Positions 20,710 through 32,671 of a DNA stretch of 64,000 nucleotides are shown here, one piece after another. The stretch is from an uncultured Acidobacteriota bacterium (lineage in GTDB: Bacteria > Acidobacteriota > UBA6911): the NCBI GenBank assembly GCA_963827655.1, contig CAWHCF010000010.1, forward strand, positions 64,001-128,000, given 5' to 3'. The position numbers and the translations under genes were made by a program. Within the stretch, counting starts at the first letter, position 1. Each line of letters begins with the position of its first letter. The notes beneath the pieces are model-generated. The model was not told where the DNA came from. It saw nothing but the letters and a program-made list of their open reading frames with translations, and searched no databases.

Positions 20710-22395
20710 ATGAGGGAAAGGGTCTGGAGTCAGCAATCCCTGGCGCCCGCTGCCATGGCTGATTCTTCCCAGCCGAAGGTGCAGTTCACCGACCTGGCAG
20801 CAAAAGCCGGGCTGACTTCTCGCCACGTCACCGGTCACCTGGACAGCAAGGAGTACATTCTCGAAAGCACCGGGAGCGGCCTGGCATTGATCGATTACAA
20901 CAAGGACGGTTTCCTGGATATATTTCTGGTTAATGGCACTACACTCGCAGGTTTTCCTCCGGGGCAGGAACCTACCAACCATCTCTACCAGAATAACGGC
21001 GACGGGACCTTCAAAGATGTGACGCAAAAGGCGAACCTCGTTCGCACAGGGTGGGGACAGGGCGTTTGCTCCGGAGACTACGACAACGATGGAAATGACG
21101 ACCTGGTCGTCACTTACTACGGTCAAAACGTTCTTTACCGAAACACCGGCAAAGGCAGCTTTGCGGACGTAACTGAAAAGGCCGGGCTGCTTCACAAAGC
21201 CACGCGGTGGAACACAGGGTGCTCCTTTCTGGATTATGACAAGGACGGAAATCTGGACTTGTTTGTAGCAAACTACATAAACCTCGACCTCAAGAGATCG
21301 ATGTCCAAATCGAGCGAGAACTGCATATGGAAGGGGATCCCGGTATTTTGCGGACCGCAGGGGCTGCCGCCCGGAACCAATATGCTTTATCGCAACCGTG
21401 GCGACGGCACCTTCGTCGATGTTTCCGAGAAAAGCGGCATTACCATTCCCGGCAATTCTTATAGTTTTACGCCCCTGGTTTCAGACTACGACAATGACGG
21501 CTGGCCGGATATCTACGTTGCCTCCGACTCCACGGCCAACATTCTTTATCATAACGAGAGGAACGGTACCTTTACTGATATCGGACTAGTTTCCGGCACT
21601 GCTTACAATCGGGATGGCAAGGAGCAGGGAGGTATGGGAGTTTCGGCCGCCGATTACGACGGTGATGGTTTCTTCGACATCGTCAAAACCAACTTCGACG
21701 GCGACACCTCGACTCTCTACCACAACAACGGCGACGGGTCGTTCTTCGACGTCACTTTACCCGCCGGGCTCGGTCGCAATACGCACTTCGTCGGCTGGGG
21801 AACTGGCTTTTTCGATATCGACCATGACGGCTGGAAGGATATCTTCATGGTCAATGGTCACATTTATCCCGAGGTAGACCGTTACCGGCTGGAGCGAACT
21901 TACCGGCAGGATCGTCAGATCTTTTGGAATTCAAGGAAGGGAAAGTTCCTGGACATTTCTTCTCAGGCGGGACCTGCCATACTCGACCGCCGCAGCTCGA
22001 GGGGAGCGGCCCTGGGGGATCTGGACAACGATGGCAGTCTCGAAATCGTCATCAACAATATGAATGACCTGCCGAGCCTGCTCAAGAACCTGGGTGAAAA
22101 GGAGAACTGGATTCTTATCAAGACCGCAGGCAAGCAATCCAACCGAAACGGTATCGGAGCCCGAGTTGCCGTGATTACCGGAAAGCACCGGCAGATCGAC
22201 GAAGTCCGCAGCGGAGGGAGTTATCTCTCGCAAAGTGATCTGCGGCTGCATTTCGGCCTTGGACCAGCAGTGAAAGTCGATCGCGTCGAGGTCCTCTGGC
22301 CCAGCGGGAAGAAGGAGTTCTTTAAAGATTTGAAAGCGGGTCAAATCGCGATCCTGGAAGAAGGCAGGGGTAGTGAAATGACGAGCGACAAGTGA
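20710..22395 (+). CDS. CRTAC1 family protein (FG-GAP/VCBS repeats plus ASPIC/UnbV); true start may be ~20613
   Basis: Many DYDNDG/DxDxDG repeats; SNRNGIGARV, SGGSYLSQSDLRLHFGLG, VLWPSG. Confidence 0.92.
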   Translation: MRERVWSQQSLAPAAMADSSQPKVQFTDLAAKAGLTSRHVTGHLDSKEYILESTGSGLALIDYNKDGFLDIFLVNGTTLAGFPPGQEPTNHLYQNNGDGTFKDVTQKANLVRTGWGQGVCSGDYDNDGNDDLVVTYYGQNVLYRNTGKGSFADVTEKAGLLHKATRWNTGCSFLDYDKDGNLDLFVANYINLDLKRSMSKSSENCIWKGIPVFCGPQGLPPGTNMLYRNRGDGTFVDVSEKSGITIPGNSYSFTPLVSDYDNDGWPDIYVASDSTANILYHNERNGTFTDIGLVSGTAYNRDGKEQGGMGVSAADYDGDGFFDIVKTNFDGDTSTLYHNNGDGSFFDVTLPAGLGRNTHFVGWGTGFFDIDHDGWKDIFMVNGHIYPEVDRYRLERTYRQDRQIFWNSRKGKFLDISSQAGPAILDRRSSRGAALGDLDNDGSLEIVINNMNDLPSLLKNLGEKENWILIKTAGKQSNRNGIGARVAVITGKHRQIDEVRSGGSYLSQSDLRLHFGLGPAVKVDRVEVLWPSGKKEFFKDLKAGQIAILEEGRGSEMTSDK

Positions 22396-22424
22396 GCTCT
22401 ACTCGCGGTGGCGGCTTTCGGTTG

Positions 22425-23830
22425 ATGAAAACTCGATTCTGGAGTCTTGTCCTCTTATTGTTTCCTCTCTTGCGCGGCCCAGGCGGGTGATCGACAAGCG
22501 GAGGACTGGCTGGCTGAAGGGAAAAAGCTCATCGCGGAAAGACGTTTCGCCGACGCAGTCGTTGCCTTCAAGCATCTGAAGCAAGCGGCTCCTGAGGATC
22601 CCCGGGCTTACTTTTTTTCCGGCATCGCGCTGGCCGAAGCGGGCCAGCTGAGCGCCGCCGCAGCCGAGTTAAACGAAGCGGTTCGCCTCGATCCCGCTCA
22701 GCCCGAATATGCCCTGTCCCAGGCGAACGTGCTGGTACGACTGGGCCAGAAAGCTCTCGCCGTAAAGGCTCTGGCCGTATTCGAGAATGAAGGATATGCC
22801 AGCCGGCTCACGGCAGCCGGGCTCTGGCTTCTTGCCGATATTCACTATCGCCTGGGCAAAAACCAGGAATCGCTGAGAGCCCTTCAACTATTAGCCAGTC
22901 GCAATCCGGAAGATTCCCGCATCGATTTCCACCGCGGCCAGATCTACAAGATCATGGGAAACCTCGATCTTGCGCAGGAAGCTTTCGCAAAGAGTATCAA
23001 GAACTCGGCCGATAACCCCGCCGCGTATTTCGAGCTGGGCCGGATACTCGAGCAGCGCAACGATATGAACGCTGCCAAGAAAGCTCTACTGGAGGCAGTG
23101 AGACAGGATGGAGACGAATCCCGAATACCTTCATGGGCTGGGGGCCGTGTGTCTGGCGCTGGGCGAGGTTGACGAGGCCATCGGGTACCTGGAACGGGCA
23201 GAGCCCTCGGGTGCCGCCTTTCCCAAGATCTACTACGCCCTGGGGCAAGCGTACCAGCGGAAAGGGGATCGAAACAAAGCCGCGAAATACCTTGCCAAGG
23301 TCCAAGAAACGAACCTCGCTCAGCGGAAGAAGGAAGTCCGGGATCACGGAGAGCTGACACTGATCACCCTGGGAGAGAAGCAGCTCGAACAGGGGAATAC
23401 GGCTGAAGCGCGCGTCTTGTTCGAAGAGGTCCTCCAGGCAAATCCGGACAACTGGCATGCTCATGAATATCTGGCCCGGATGTTTCTTTCTTCCGGAGAC
23501 CGGCCGCGCGCGCATCAACACCTGCTCAAGATGGAACAGATCGATTCGCACTCAGTCGAGGGAAATTATTTGATGGCTCTTTATTGCTATCAGAACGAGG
23601 AGTTTGCACGAGCAGCCGCCTACGCCGAGCGCGCCCGATCGGTTCAGCCGGGAAATGCCGAGGTTCGCAATTTGCTGGGGAACATTTACCTCAGGCTGGC
23701 ACAACCGGAAAAAGCCCTGGAAGAATATCGAGCTGCGGTGCGGCTGGCTCCGGCTCGTTCGGATTTCCGGGCGAATCTGGAGAACGCTGAGAAGCCAAAA
23801 GAGCCCCCAGCAACCAAACCGCAGAAGTAG
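22425..23830 (+). CDS. Exported tetratricopeptide-repeat protein (frameshifted)
   Basis: Two overlapping TPR ORFs (22447-23172, 23108-23830); signal peptide from ATG 22425. Confidence 0.85.
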
Positions 23831-23997
23831 CGCGGCGATCGCTCGTGGGTGAGCCAGCAGATTTGCCGATTAGTCCAGCCAAGCCGGCCAGGAAAGAATG
23901 CTATTGAAACTTAAAGAATGCAATGCTCGTTGGACCACTGAGAGTCAGGAGGAAAAGTGGTTTCCCCGCCGAGGACTCTCAAGAACAAGGGCTCCAA

Positions 23998-24499
23998 ATG
24001 TCTCGAGTGACATCAGACCAGATTCGACAGCATGCCGCCGAAAAATACGTTGTGCCGGCTCGTAAGGCACGCTTGGAGGAGTTTGAGATCGTCGCCGGAG
24101 ATCTTCACCGCGATCTTCGGCTGCAGAACCGGGTTCCTAAGTCTGTGCCGCGCTCCGCTCCAAGAAGTTCCTGACTGAGAACAGTCTCGTTCTGTGGATC
24201 AGTCAGGGCCACCGTCGGAGATGAGCACGACAGTGAGATTTAAGTACAGGTTCCGACACCAGCCAGATCAAAAGGAATCTTCGGAAGCGCCACCCGACAA
24301 ATCGATCTATCACAAAATCCGTGAACTTTACGGTGTCGCGGAGGAGCTCTATCGCAGCCTCGGAGGAGGGAAGCGAGTCCTTGGTGAAGAGCGCGAGGGC
24401 TTCTTCGGTAACGCCACGGGGTCCGATTCTTCGAGCCGAGACCGGGATGAGTCTCATTTACTGGGATTCTGGTCCTGGTGGTATTTGTTTCCCACCTGA
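23998..24499 (+). CDS. Hypothetical protein, probable antitoxin/DNA-binding partner of a PIN toxin (frameshifted)
   Basis: MSRVTSDQIRQHAAEKYVVPAR...AGDLHRDLRLQNRVP/VCAALRSKKF...SGPPS..STTVRFKY, overlapped at its 3' end by a VapC-like start. Confidence 0.55.
24447..24475 (+). pseudogene. VapC/PIN toxin N-terminal stub
   Basis: ATG at 24447 gives MSLIYWDS, like a PIN first strand with its catalytic Asp, then homology is lost. Confidence 0.4.
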
Positions 24500-24500
24500 A

Positions 24501-26336
24501 CTATTTGATCGAGACATCGTCCACGTAGTACGTAACGGGCACGACCGGGTCATCGGCGCCTGCTAGATCTCCCCCGGAATAGCGGTCCGTTTTTCGGGTC
24601 GGCTCGGTGCGAAACTCGCCGGTGCGAAACGAGAGTCGTTCAACACTGGCCGCCGGTTCGGCAAATGCGGCCTGGCGGATGACCAGCTTCCCGTTGATCG
24701 AGAGGTCATAATTACCTATCGCGTTGACCGAGATCTCGAAGCGATACCAGGAGCCGGCCTTGTAAAGGCCGGCCTCAGCACGGCTGTTTCCATCCAGCGC
24801 TCGCACGTGGCCGTCCTCACCGAAGGCGAGTCGTACCGGCCGGTGGCCCGCCTCGTCCAGAACTTCGATTTCCAGGCGGCCGCGGTCTGACTGCCGCGCG
24901 AAGACTCTGAATGCAAGACGCACTGTTTTCGCCTCGGCAAACACTCGCACGGCCTTGGCGTAGTCATAAGGGTCCCGATCCTCGAGCTGAAGACTCTTGT
25001 TAGCGGCGCTGGGAAAGGCGACGACGGCGGTTCGTGCCCAGCGTGGGTGATGGATGTTCCAGTCCGGAATCCGGCCGCCCACGTCGAGCTTGTCGAACGA
25101 ATCTTCCACCGGGCCTTCGATCTTATGCCGGATCGGCACGGGGATGCGGCTCACCCAAATGTCCTCCTTGTTGCTGCTATAGGTCAGCCACAAGTCGTTG
25201 CCGGGGGGATCGCCATTACCCTCGGATATGCCGCGCACATATTGCAATCCGAAGTCCTTGGCTCGCCCGAAGAAGCGGCGGGGCGCAACGTCGCCGTTGA
25301 CGAGCAGCATGTTCTCGAACACGATGCCGTCGTTGCCGGTCGCCACGGCAAGCGGCCAGCGATGCGAGCCGAAGTCGGCTGGATTGTAAACGATGGCATA
25401 ACGGCCATCGTCGGTCCGCTGCCCCCAGGTCTTTGCCCCATCGGTGACGATGCTCGGCACGCGGACGGGAGTGCTCCAGGATTTGCCTTCGTCCGCGGAG
25501 AGCGCGGCCCATGATGCCTTAAACAGGGCGACCGCCATCCCGTCCTTGCGATGATAGACGGACGGCGCCTGACGCACCTGGCCGGGGACGGTGTAGAAAC
25601 CATCGGTGCTGCGATCCTCTTCATGCCATTGCATCGTCTTCAGCTTGTCGGCGAGCAACGCATTACAGGCATCGAGAAAACCCTTGTCGTTCGAGCGCGT
25701 GTAGAACGGAAACGTGGGCGTGTTGCTCTCGTTTCGATCGGCAAGACTGTTGTAGCGCAGAAAATAGATCGGCCCGTAAGAACCGTCTTTGTTCGCTTCC
25801 CGCACCACACGTCCGATGCCCGTGGCGCCCCATGGGGTCGGCGCATGACCATAAAAGGCGAGGACCAGGAGCCTCCCGTTGGGAGCGACATAGAAGCCCA
25901 TGCGCTGATGCATCATCGCCATGCCCGATTCGTTGCCCGAAATGGGCCCCGGCCGCAGAAGATAAATGGGAAATACCTGTTTGGGCATGTCCCAATTGCG
26001 CCCGTCGCTGGAGGTGGCGACGAGGGTCTGGCCAGGCGGAAGATGCTCCCCGAAAGGGTTGCTCAAGTATTGAAGGTAGAACTTATCGTGCCAGTACGCG
26101 AGCATCGGCGCGTGACTGTAGGTCCAGCCGTAGCCATCGGCCATTTCCGGATGAGTGCGATTGGCACGCATAACCTGGATGTTTTCGACGCCGACTGCCG
26201 GCCGGAGACGACCGTCATGGACGTCCAGGTCGATGGCGCCGGCCAACACGCGCACGGGCTCATCAGGACCGCCCGGCTGGGTGGAAAAAGTGGACGCCAG
26301 AATCGAGCAGAGCAAGACAAGGGTGGTGTTCTTCAT
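24501..26336 (-). CDS. Secreted beta-propeller glycosidase, BT1020-N-terminal/GH143-like (sialidase-like BNR)
   Basis: Signal peptide; AVGVENIQVMRANRTHP, WTYSHAPMLAYW, MHQRMGFY, Asp-box SADEGKSW, RWPLAV, QYVRGI, TYSSNKEDIWV. Confidence 0.72.
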   Translation of the reverse strand: MKNTTLVLLCSILASTFSTQPGGPDEPVRVLAGAIDLDVHDGRLRPAVGVENIQVMRANRTHPEMADGYGWTYSHAPMLAYWHDKFYLQYLSNPFGEHLPPGQTLVATSSDGRNWDMPKQVFPIYLLRPGPISGNESGMAMMHQRMGFYVAPNGRLLVLAFYGHAPTPWGATGIGRVVREANKDGSYGPIYFLRYNSLADRNESNTPTFPFYTRSNDKGFLDACNALLADKLKTMQWHEEDRSTDGFYTVPGQVRQAPSVYHRKDGMAVALFKASWAALSADEGKSWSTPVRVPSIVTDGAKTWGQRTDDGRYAIVYNPADFGSHRWPLAVATGNDGIVFENMLLVNGDVAPRRFFGRAKDFGLQYVRGISEGNGDPPGNDLWLTYSSNKEDIWVSRIPVPIRHKIEGPVEDSFDKLDVGGRIPDWNIHHPRWARTAVVAFPSAANKSLQLEDRDPYDYAKAVRVFAEAKTVRLAFRVFARQSDRGRLEIEVLDEAGHRPVRLAFGEDGHVRALDGNSRAEAGLYKAGSWYRFEISVNAIGNYDLSINGKLVIRQAAFAEPAASVERLSFRTGEFRTEPTRKTDRYSGGDLAGADDPVVPVTYYVDDVSIK

Positions 26337-26583
26337 ACGGTCGATTTCCGCAAGTCCTCTTCGTTAGGTGACACGCGTTCGAACGGCCAATGACCATGGG
26401 CTGCGATTCGTCCTGAACCACACATGCTGGCAGGCTGCGAGGACGAGCCCCAGCCGACGAGTCAAGATCATACGCCAGCGAGGAGGTTCAACGAAATACA
26501 GAAGGCAAACCTGCCACTGACAAGAAGCGCGCTTTCGAGATTACGCCACGATTCCGCGTCAAACAACGACTTCAGCCGCCGGT

Positions 26584-28635
26584 TTACTTGACGAACTCTA
26601 CGTAACCCCGCCTTTCCAGAAATCGAAAGTAACCGAGGAAATCGAAGTCCGACGGACCGAGTTCAAGGCGCGTCAACCGGGCCACTTCGGCGAGATTTCG
26701 CTGACCGTCGCACCAGTACAGCGCCCGGATGGGCACGGCAGCCCAGGCGCCCGAGGGGTAACCTTCGCGCTGGTCCGGCGGCAGCTCGTCGAGTGGAATT
26801 GTCCCGAGTCTCTTTCGCCTGACCACAATCCGCGCCGCTTCGGCTTGTTGTGGATCCTGCGGCGGTGGAATCGGTTTGATAGCCGTGGGAAGGCCGAGCT
26901 GTGCCGCTCTCCTCTGGAGCGCTGCCTCGAGTCGCTTCAGCTGATCCCGGCCGAACTGGTCGAGCCGTTCCACCATGGACTCGATCCAGGGCCGGGCTTT
27001 TTCGCGGCGCGTTTCCGGCGCCAGGCGCAAAACCGAGCGGACCGCCTGGTTTTCGCGCGCCACGCAATAGTCAATCCGTTCTTTACCCTCATGAAAGAGC
27101 CGGCCCAGCCGCTCCGTGCCCTCTGCAGTCGAAACCGAGTCGAGAATTGACGTCACGGCGCTGACGACCTGCTCCTGGCCCCGGCTCAACGCGGCTTCGC
27201 CCAGCCAGGAAGCCTCGCGTTCGGAGGCTGTCGCCAGGTAGTAAAGATAGGCTGCGCTTACTATGGTCAGGTCGCGCAGCGAGCGAGGGTCGACCGTTTC
27301 CGGCCTGTCTTCGCTATTGTGATGAGTATGGATTCCCGTGCCGCTGTAGGGCCATACGGTCGGAATCCCAATGGTCGGTTCTCCCAGAAAAGAATCGGTG
27401 CCGCTCCTGTACTCCTTCCAGTGCCAGGGCCGGGGCGGCGAAAGCCGGGAAAAATAACTTTCGGCGACTCGCAGGATAAAAGCATCCACGTAAGACTTCG
27501 CCGCATGTGGATTCATGTGAAAGGTGTATTCCGTCCCGGCCAGTCCGTAGGACGCGGCAGGGGTGTCCAGACACAAGGCGGCTACGGTGCGGCGAACCCG
27601 GTCCGGGTTGGTGGCCAGGTAATGCATCGACCCATACATTTCCCCCATCGCCAGCATGCGGATGTGACGTCGCGGTCTGGGCAGTCGCCCGTCACCGATC
27701 AACCGATTCAAGCTCCCCAGCGCCTCGAGCATCGCCGCCACGCCAGTGGCATTATCGTGCGCGCCTTGTTCGGACGTATGCCCCAGGACAAGCACCTCTT
27801 CGTTCTCGTCCCCGGATCCGGGAATGATCCCGGTGACGTAGGGATAGGTTCCGGAGTAGTAGCGGCTCTCGACGACGGCTCTCACCCTCACCTTGCGCGG
27901 CTCACGCAGCAGCTTTCGTAGAAACTCGGCCTGAGACGGAGAAATGGAGAAGCAGAGCAGCGGTGAGTTACCTTTGTTGAACGCCCAACCGTTGTCACCC
28001 CAGGCGTTGATCCATTGCCGGCCGTCTTTGAGATCCTGATTTTCCGTGAACGCGTTGATGGCCCCCGGCGACCCCTTCCTGGCAAGCAGCCACTTGATGT
28101 CTGCCGGATTTCGCGGCGTGAGAACGATTTTACCCTTCAGATCCAGAGCTTCGATGCTCTTGACCGACATGTCTTTCAACTCGACCACCTCTGCGGTGAT
28201 CCCCCCTTCGGGAGTGGGACCACTCCACATGCCGAGCGAAGCGGGAACTTTCTCGTAGTCGGCCAGCACGCGGAATCCTTCCGGAACAGCCGGCTCGACG
28301 ATCTCCAGGCGCGCCTTCTTGACGTCCCAGGCGAGCGGCATGGTCCAGTAGCCGAACTGGCTCACCCCATCTGCAGGAGGAGCGACTACTTCTGCATCAC
28401 GCAGGCCAATCTGGTTCATCGTCCGCTTGAGATGTTCCGCAGTTTCCTGAAACTTCGGAAACGTAAACCACCGGTCGGTCTGATAGATCTGTTGCATGTA
28501 CTGCATGGCGCGCTCCGGGCTTACCTCGGAGCCGATCTGGCGCATCAAGGGTTCGAGCTGGCCCTGAGCCATCAAAGGAACGGCTACGAGGATCCATATC
28601 AACGCCGGCAATGTTCGAGCTGATGAACCTTTCAT
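26584..28635 (-). CDS. Secreted M28-family metallopeptidase (DUF4910-like, PA insert, C-terminal wHTH-like)
   Basis: Signal peptide; GHTSEQGAHDNATG, GEMYGS, LCLDT and HHNSED metal-ligand motifs. Confidence 0.8.
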   Translation of the reverse strand: MKGSSARTLPALIWILVAVPLMAQGQLEPLMRQIGSEVSPERAMQYMQQIYQTDRWFTFPKFQETAEHLKRTMNQIGLRDAEVVAPPADGVSQFGYWTMPLAWDVKKARLEIVEPAVPEGFRVLADYEKVPASLGMWSGPTPEGGITAEVVELKDMSVKSIEALDLKGKIVLTPRNPADIKWLLARKGSPGAINAFTENQDLKDGRQWINAWGDNGWAFNKGNSPLLCFSISPSQAEFLRKLLREPRKVRVRAVVESRYYSGTYPYVTGIIPGSGDENEEVLVLGHTSEQGAHDNATGVAAMLEALGSLNRLIGDGRLPRPRRHIRMLAMGEMYGSMHYLATNPDRVRRTVAALCLDTPAASYGLAGTEYTFHMNPHAAKSYVDAFILRVAESYFSRLSPPRPWHWKEYRSGTDSFLGEPTIGIPTVWPYSGTGIHTHHNSEDRPETVDPRSLRDLTIVSAAYLYYLATASEREASWLGEAALSRGQEQVVSAVTSILDSVSTAEGTERLGRLFHEGKERIDYCVARENQAVRSVLRLAPETRREKARPWIESMVERLDQFGRDQLKRLEAALQRRAAQLGLPTAIKPIPPPQDPQQAEAARIVVRRKRLGTIPLDELPPDQREGYPSGAWAAVPIRALYWCDGQRNLAEVARLTRLELGPSDFDFLGYFRFLERRGYVEFVK

Positions 28636-28910
28636 GGCCACCCCGTTGTTTTGGTTGGCGTTTCTTCGCGTCTTCGAGTCTTCGAGGTATGATGAAACGC
28701 CAAGCATCTTAGCACCCTTTTTTTTACTTGAACTGATTGTTGCCGCAAGTTACTGTTTTGCATCAACCAACCCTGGCTGATCGGTACGGTGGCGAAGGGT
28801 CCAAAAGCCGCCCAATGTCGAGCTACGTTCGAGAAGGTAGAGTTATCTCGTATCCAAGGCCCGTCAACTTCCCTGGGTCCGGATGCCATCCTTATCATGC
28901 TGGAGGAAGA

Positions 28911-31900
28911 ATGCGAAAGTCGAAGAGCACGAACAAAGCAACGCCAGAATAGCCATCTTTTTTCTTGCCGCTCTTATCACGCTGGCCCTGGCCGCACCGC
29001 CTGGATTAGCGCAGACGGGCACGGGAACGGTCCAGGGAAGGATCCTGGACGCCAACCGCGCGGTGATTCCAGGGGCCGATATCACAATCACAAATCAGGA
29101 TACAAATATCTCACGCAAGACGGTTGCTTCCGGAGACGGGAATTACGCTATTGGCGCCCTTCCGCCGGGCCCTTACACGCTGGCCGTGGAGGTGCCGGGA
29201 TTCAAGAAATGGACGGGCAAGCTGGTGCTGGAGGTCGGCCAGACGGCGGTCGTGGATGCCGTCATGCAGGTCGGCGACATCGCCACCGAAGTTGAAGTCG
29301 TCGGCGCCGCCCCGCCCATCACGCTCGAGAGCGCGGAAGTGTCGGATGTGAAGGATGCGGTCCGCATTCGACAGTTGCCGCTCAACGGCCGGGCCATCAG
29401 CAATCTGTTTGACTTGACCCCCGGAGTCGAGGGGGGCGGCAACCCGAGGGTCAACGGCCTCAAGGTCGGGTCGGTGGAAATGACGATCGACGGGATCTCC
29501 CTCGTGGATCGGTTTGGCGGCGGCATCGCCCGCGTCCAACCTGGATTGGACACAATCCAGGAATTCCGGATTGAGACGACCGGATCCGATGCCCAATTCT
29601 CGCGCCCTGCGACTGTCACGCTGGTAACCAAGAGTGGAACCAATGCCTTTCACGGCAGCGTTTTCGAGACCCACCGCAACAATGCAGCCGGCTTGCGCGC
29701 TCGCCGCCGTGAGGATGGAAACACATCATCCAAGCTGATTCGCAACGAATTTGGAGCCTCGGCCGGCGGTCCGGTGTATCTCGGAAACTGGTACAACGGC
29801 CGCGACAAGACGTTCTGGTTTGCCGCTTATGAGGGGCTGCGAAACCGCCAGTCCAGATTCGTCGATAGCGTCGTACCGACAGCGGCCATGTGGGCGGGCG
29901 ACTTCAGCGGCATCGTCGACATAAACGGCGTCCAAACTCACATCTACGATCCATTGACTACCGACGCCCGGGGTTTGCGCCAGCAGTTTCCCAATGACAT
30001 CATTCCCGGCAACAGGATTCATCCCTTCTACAAACAGATGCAGGCGCTGACGGCCTTGCCCACCAGCACGGTGAATCCATTCCAGGGGAACAACTTCCAG
30101 AAGTTTTATCCGGACAATCTGGATACCAACACCTTCACCGTGCGCGGCGACCACAAGTTTTCCGACCAGGATAATCTATCGGCAAGATTTTCGCGCAGCC
30201 GGCGCCTGTCGCAAGTCTTCGGAGGTGTCTTCGGCAATCCGGTCGACACCCTGGAAAATGGATTCGGAACCGGCCGGTCGGATACCAAGGTCTACAGCAC
30301 GTCGATCCGTGAAACCCACGTTTTCTCACCCACCTTCCTGAGCGAATTGCTCGTAGCCGGCCATCGCTCGAATCAGGGTTCCGGGACCCTCGCGGACTTC
30401 ACCGATTGGCCCAAAGAGCTGGGGTTGCCGAACCCGTTCAACGTTCAAGGTTGGCCGACTCTGGGCGCCGGAATCTTTGCCTGGGATTCCGACAACCGTC
30501 ATGACCAGAAGCTGACCGCCTACGTGGTTGAAGAAAACCTGAGCTGGCTCAAGGGCAAGCACTCGCTGAAGTTTGGCGGGAAGGTCCGTTACGAATACAA
30601 TAACGTCCGGGAACTGCAACAGGCTCAGGGCTCGCATACCTTTGGCAACGCCTGGACCGCGCTGTACGATCCGGTCGGAGACCAGACGGCTTCTTTCACC
30701 GGCGACGGCCTGGCCGCAATGGCCCTGGGGGTCCCGACTTTCCTGTCCAATCAATATAACCGGGGCTACTTCTACTTCGAGCAGCAAGAGATCGGCCTTT
30801 ACTTCCATGACAGCTGGAAGGCTCATCCGCGCCTGACGCTGGATCTGGGGGTCCGCTGGGACAAGTGGACGGCATACGAAGAGAAGTACAACCGGCTGGT
30901 GAATGTCGATCTCAACAACTTCGCCAACCAATTTCAGGTCGTCACGCCCAAGGACGTGAGGATGGAAGACCTGCCCGGCATTCCATCGTCGGTGCTTCAG
31001 TCCTATGCCGTGCGCGGACTGACCTGGACGACCGCGCGGAATGCGGGTTTGCCGGACAATCTGGTCAAGGGAGACAACAACAATTTCGCCCCCCGCATCG
31101 GCGCGGCATTCCGGATCACCGACAAAACCGTCTTGCGCGGCGGGTATGGAGAGTATTTCTGGACCATGCCGCTGGCGCAGATCCTGCAGACCTCGAGAAC
31201 CAACCCCCCGCTCAACCTGAGATTCACGAACCAACTCGGATCCTTGGACGGCACTTCCACCTTTGGGGTTCGAACCACGCCGAGACCGGAATTCTTCGTC
31301 GGGACTGCAACGGTTGATACCGAGGGCATCGTCTTCATCCCTCCGAATGCCCATTGGGATGATGCCCTGGGCCGCTGACGATTGGAAAGATGGCCGCGCC
31401 CAGGCGTGGCACCTTACTCTGGAGCGCGAAGTGATGCGCAATACGGCCCTTCGCTTGAGCTACATCGGCGATCATGGCCGGGATATGGAGCAGCGATTCG
31501 CTCTCAACAACCAGGAGGCGGAATACAATTACGTGGCACGGACCGGACAGAACCCTCCCGCCAACCGCGCGTTCATGCGGGTTAACCCGAACTGGAACTT
31601 CTCAGCCGCCAACCGTACCGGATTCTCCAATACGCATTCGGCGCAGGTGGAGGTCGAGCGCAAGTATTCCACCGGCCTGGCATTCCAGTTCTTCTACACC
31701 TTCACCCGATCCCTGACCACTTCGGACGCCGGTGGCTTCACCAGCGGTAATGGCGGACATAAACGCCACCGATGGCCAGTTTCAGGTACCGGAGAACATC
31801 CAGCTTCTCGGCGGCAACTCCAATCTCAGCTACGATCAAAGGCTCCGTCTCGGTTATTACAACAACACCAACATCCCCCCGCATAGGATCCGTTACAACG

Positions 31901-32539
31901 GAATCTATGACCTTCCCTTTGGCCGGGGGAAGCAGTTCGGTGGAGATGTCGCTCGCGGCTGGGACACCCTGATCGGCGGCTGGCAGATTGCCGCGATCGG
32001 GGACTGGCGTGGCGGCCTGTGGAGAAGTGTTGGCAGCGGGCTCTACTGGTTCGGAGATCCTACGCTCGCATCCCGATGCAGCAACTGGAGATGACCATTT
32101 TCGGCCGGCATCAGCGGCTGTGGTTCCGTGGAGATTTCGATCCGCGCCAGGCCACGAATGTCTCGCAGGAGGCCTTGCAGGCTCTGGTGCCGGTAAACCG
32201 TGCCGAAAGAGTTCTGCGCCCGCTGGGAGCAGCCTTCGACAACCGGCTGCCGCAGACTCTGTCAAACGGCGCCGTCCGGCAAACTCCCATCACCGACACG
32301 GTGAATCCCAAACCCAAGGGCGTTCTACATCGGTCCGCGGCAGCTGGAATGTCGACCTCGCGCTATTCAAGAACTTCAACATCACCGAGAGAGTAAACGC
32401 TCGCTTCTCGGCCGACTTCTTCAACTTCTTCAATCATCCGGTCGACGTCGCGCCCAATACCACCACAGGTCTGCAAGACTTGAGTGTCCAGGCCAACGAG
32501 CCTCGGATCATTCAGTTCTCGCTTCGTTTGGACTGGTAG
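28911..32539 (+). CDS. TonB-dependent receptor, tandem copy 1 (several frameshifts)
   Basis: Carboxypeptidase-regulatory N-domain, RQLPLNGR, RNEFGASAGGP, NNFAPRIG, ends QFSLRLDW; colinear with copy 2. Confidence 0.9.
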
Positions 32540-32552
32540 ATCCTTCTTTGAG

Positions 32553-32608
32553 TCTTCGCGTCTTCGTGGTTAGTGCATGAAAACAAGCGCACCACGAAGA
32601 CGCGAAGA
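32553..32608. repeat. Perfect 18-bp inverted repeat (REP-like/terminator), GAAGACRC family
   Basis: tcttcgcgtcttcgtggt (32553-32570) pairs with accacgaagacgcgaaga (32591-32608). Confidence 0.88.
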
Positions 32609-32671
32609 AAAACCAAAACCGTCAACTTCCCCCTGGGTTCCGGATGCGTGGCTGATTATCCTGGAGAACGT

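Noticed and set aside
28911-32539. Programmed frameshifting or phase variation in receptor copy 1
   Set aside because: The shifts show no slippery motifs or long simple repeats, and similar indels occur throughout the window, so sequencing error is more likely.
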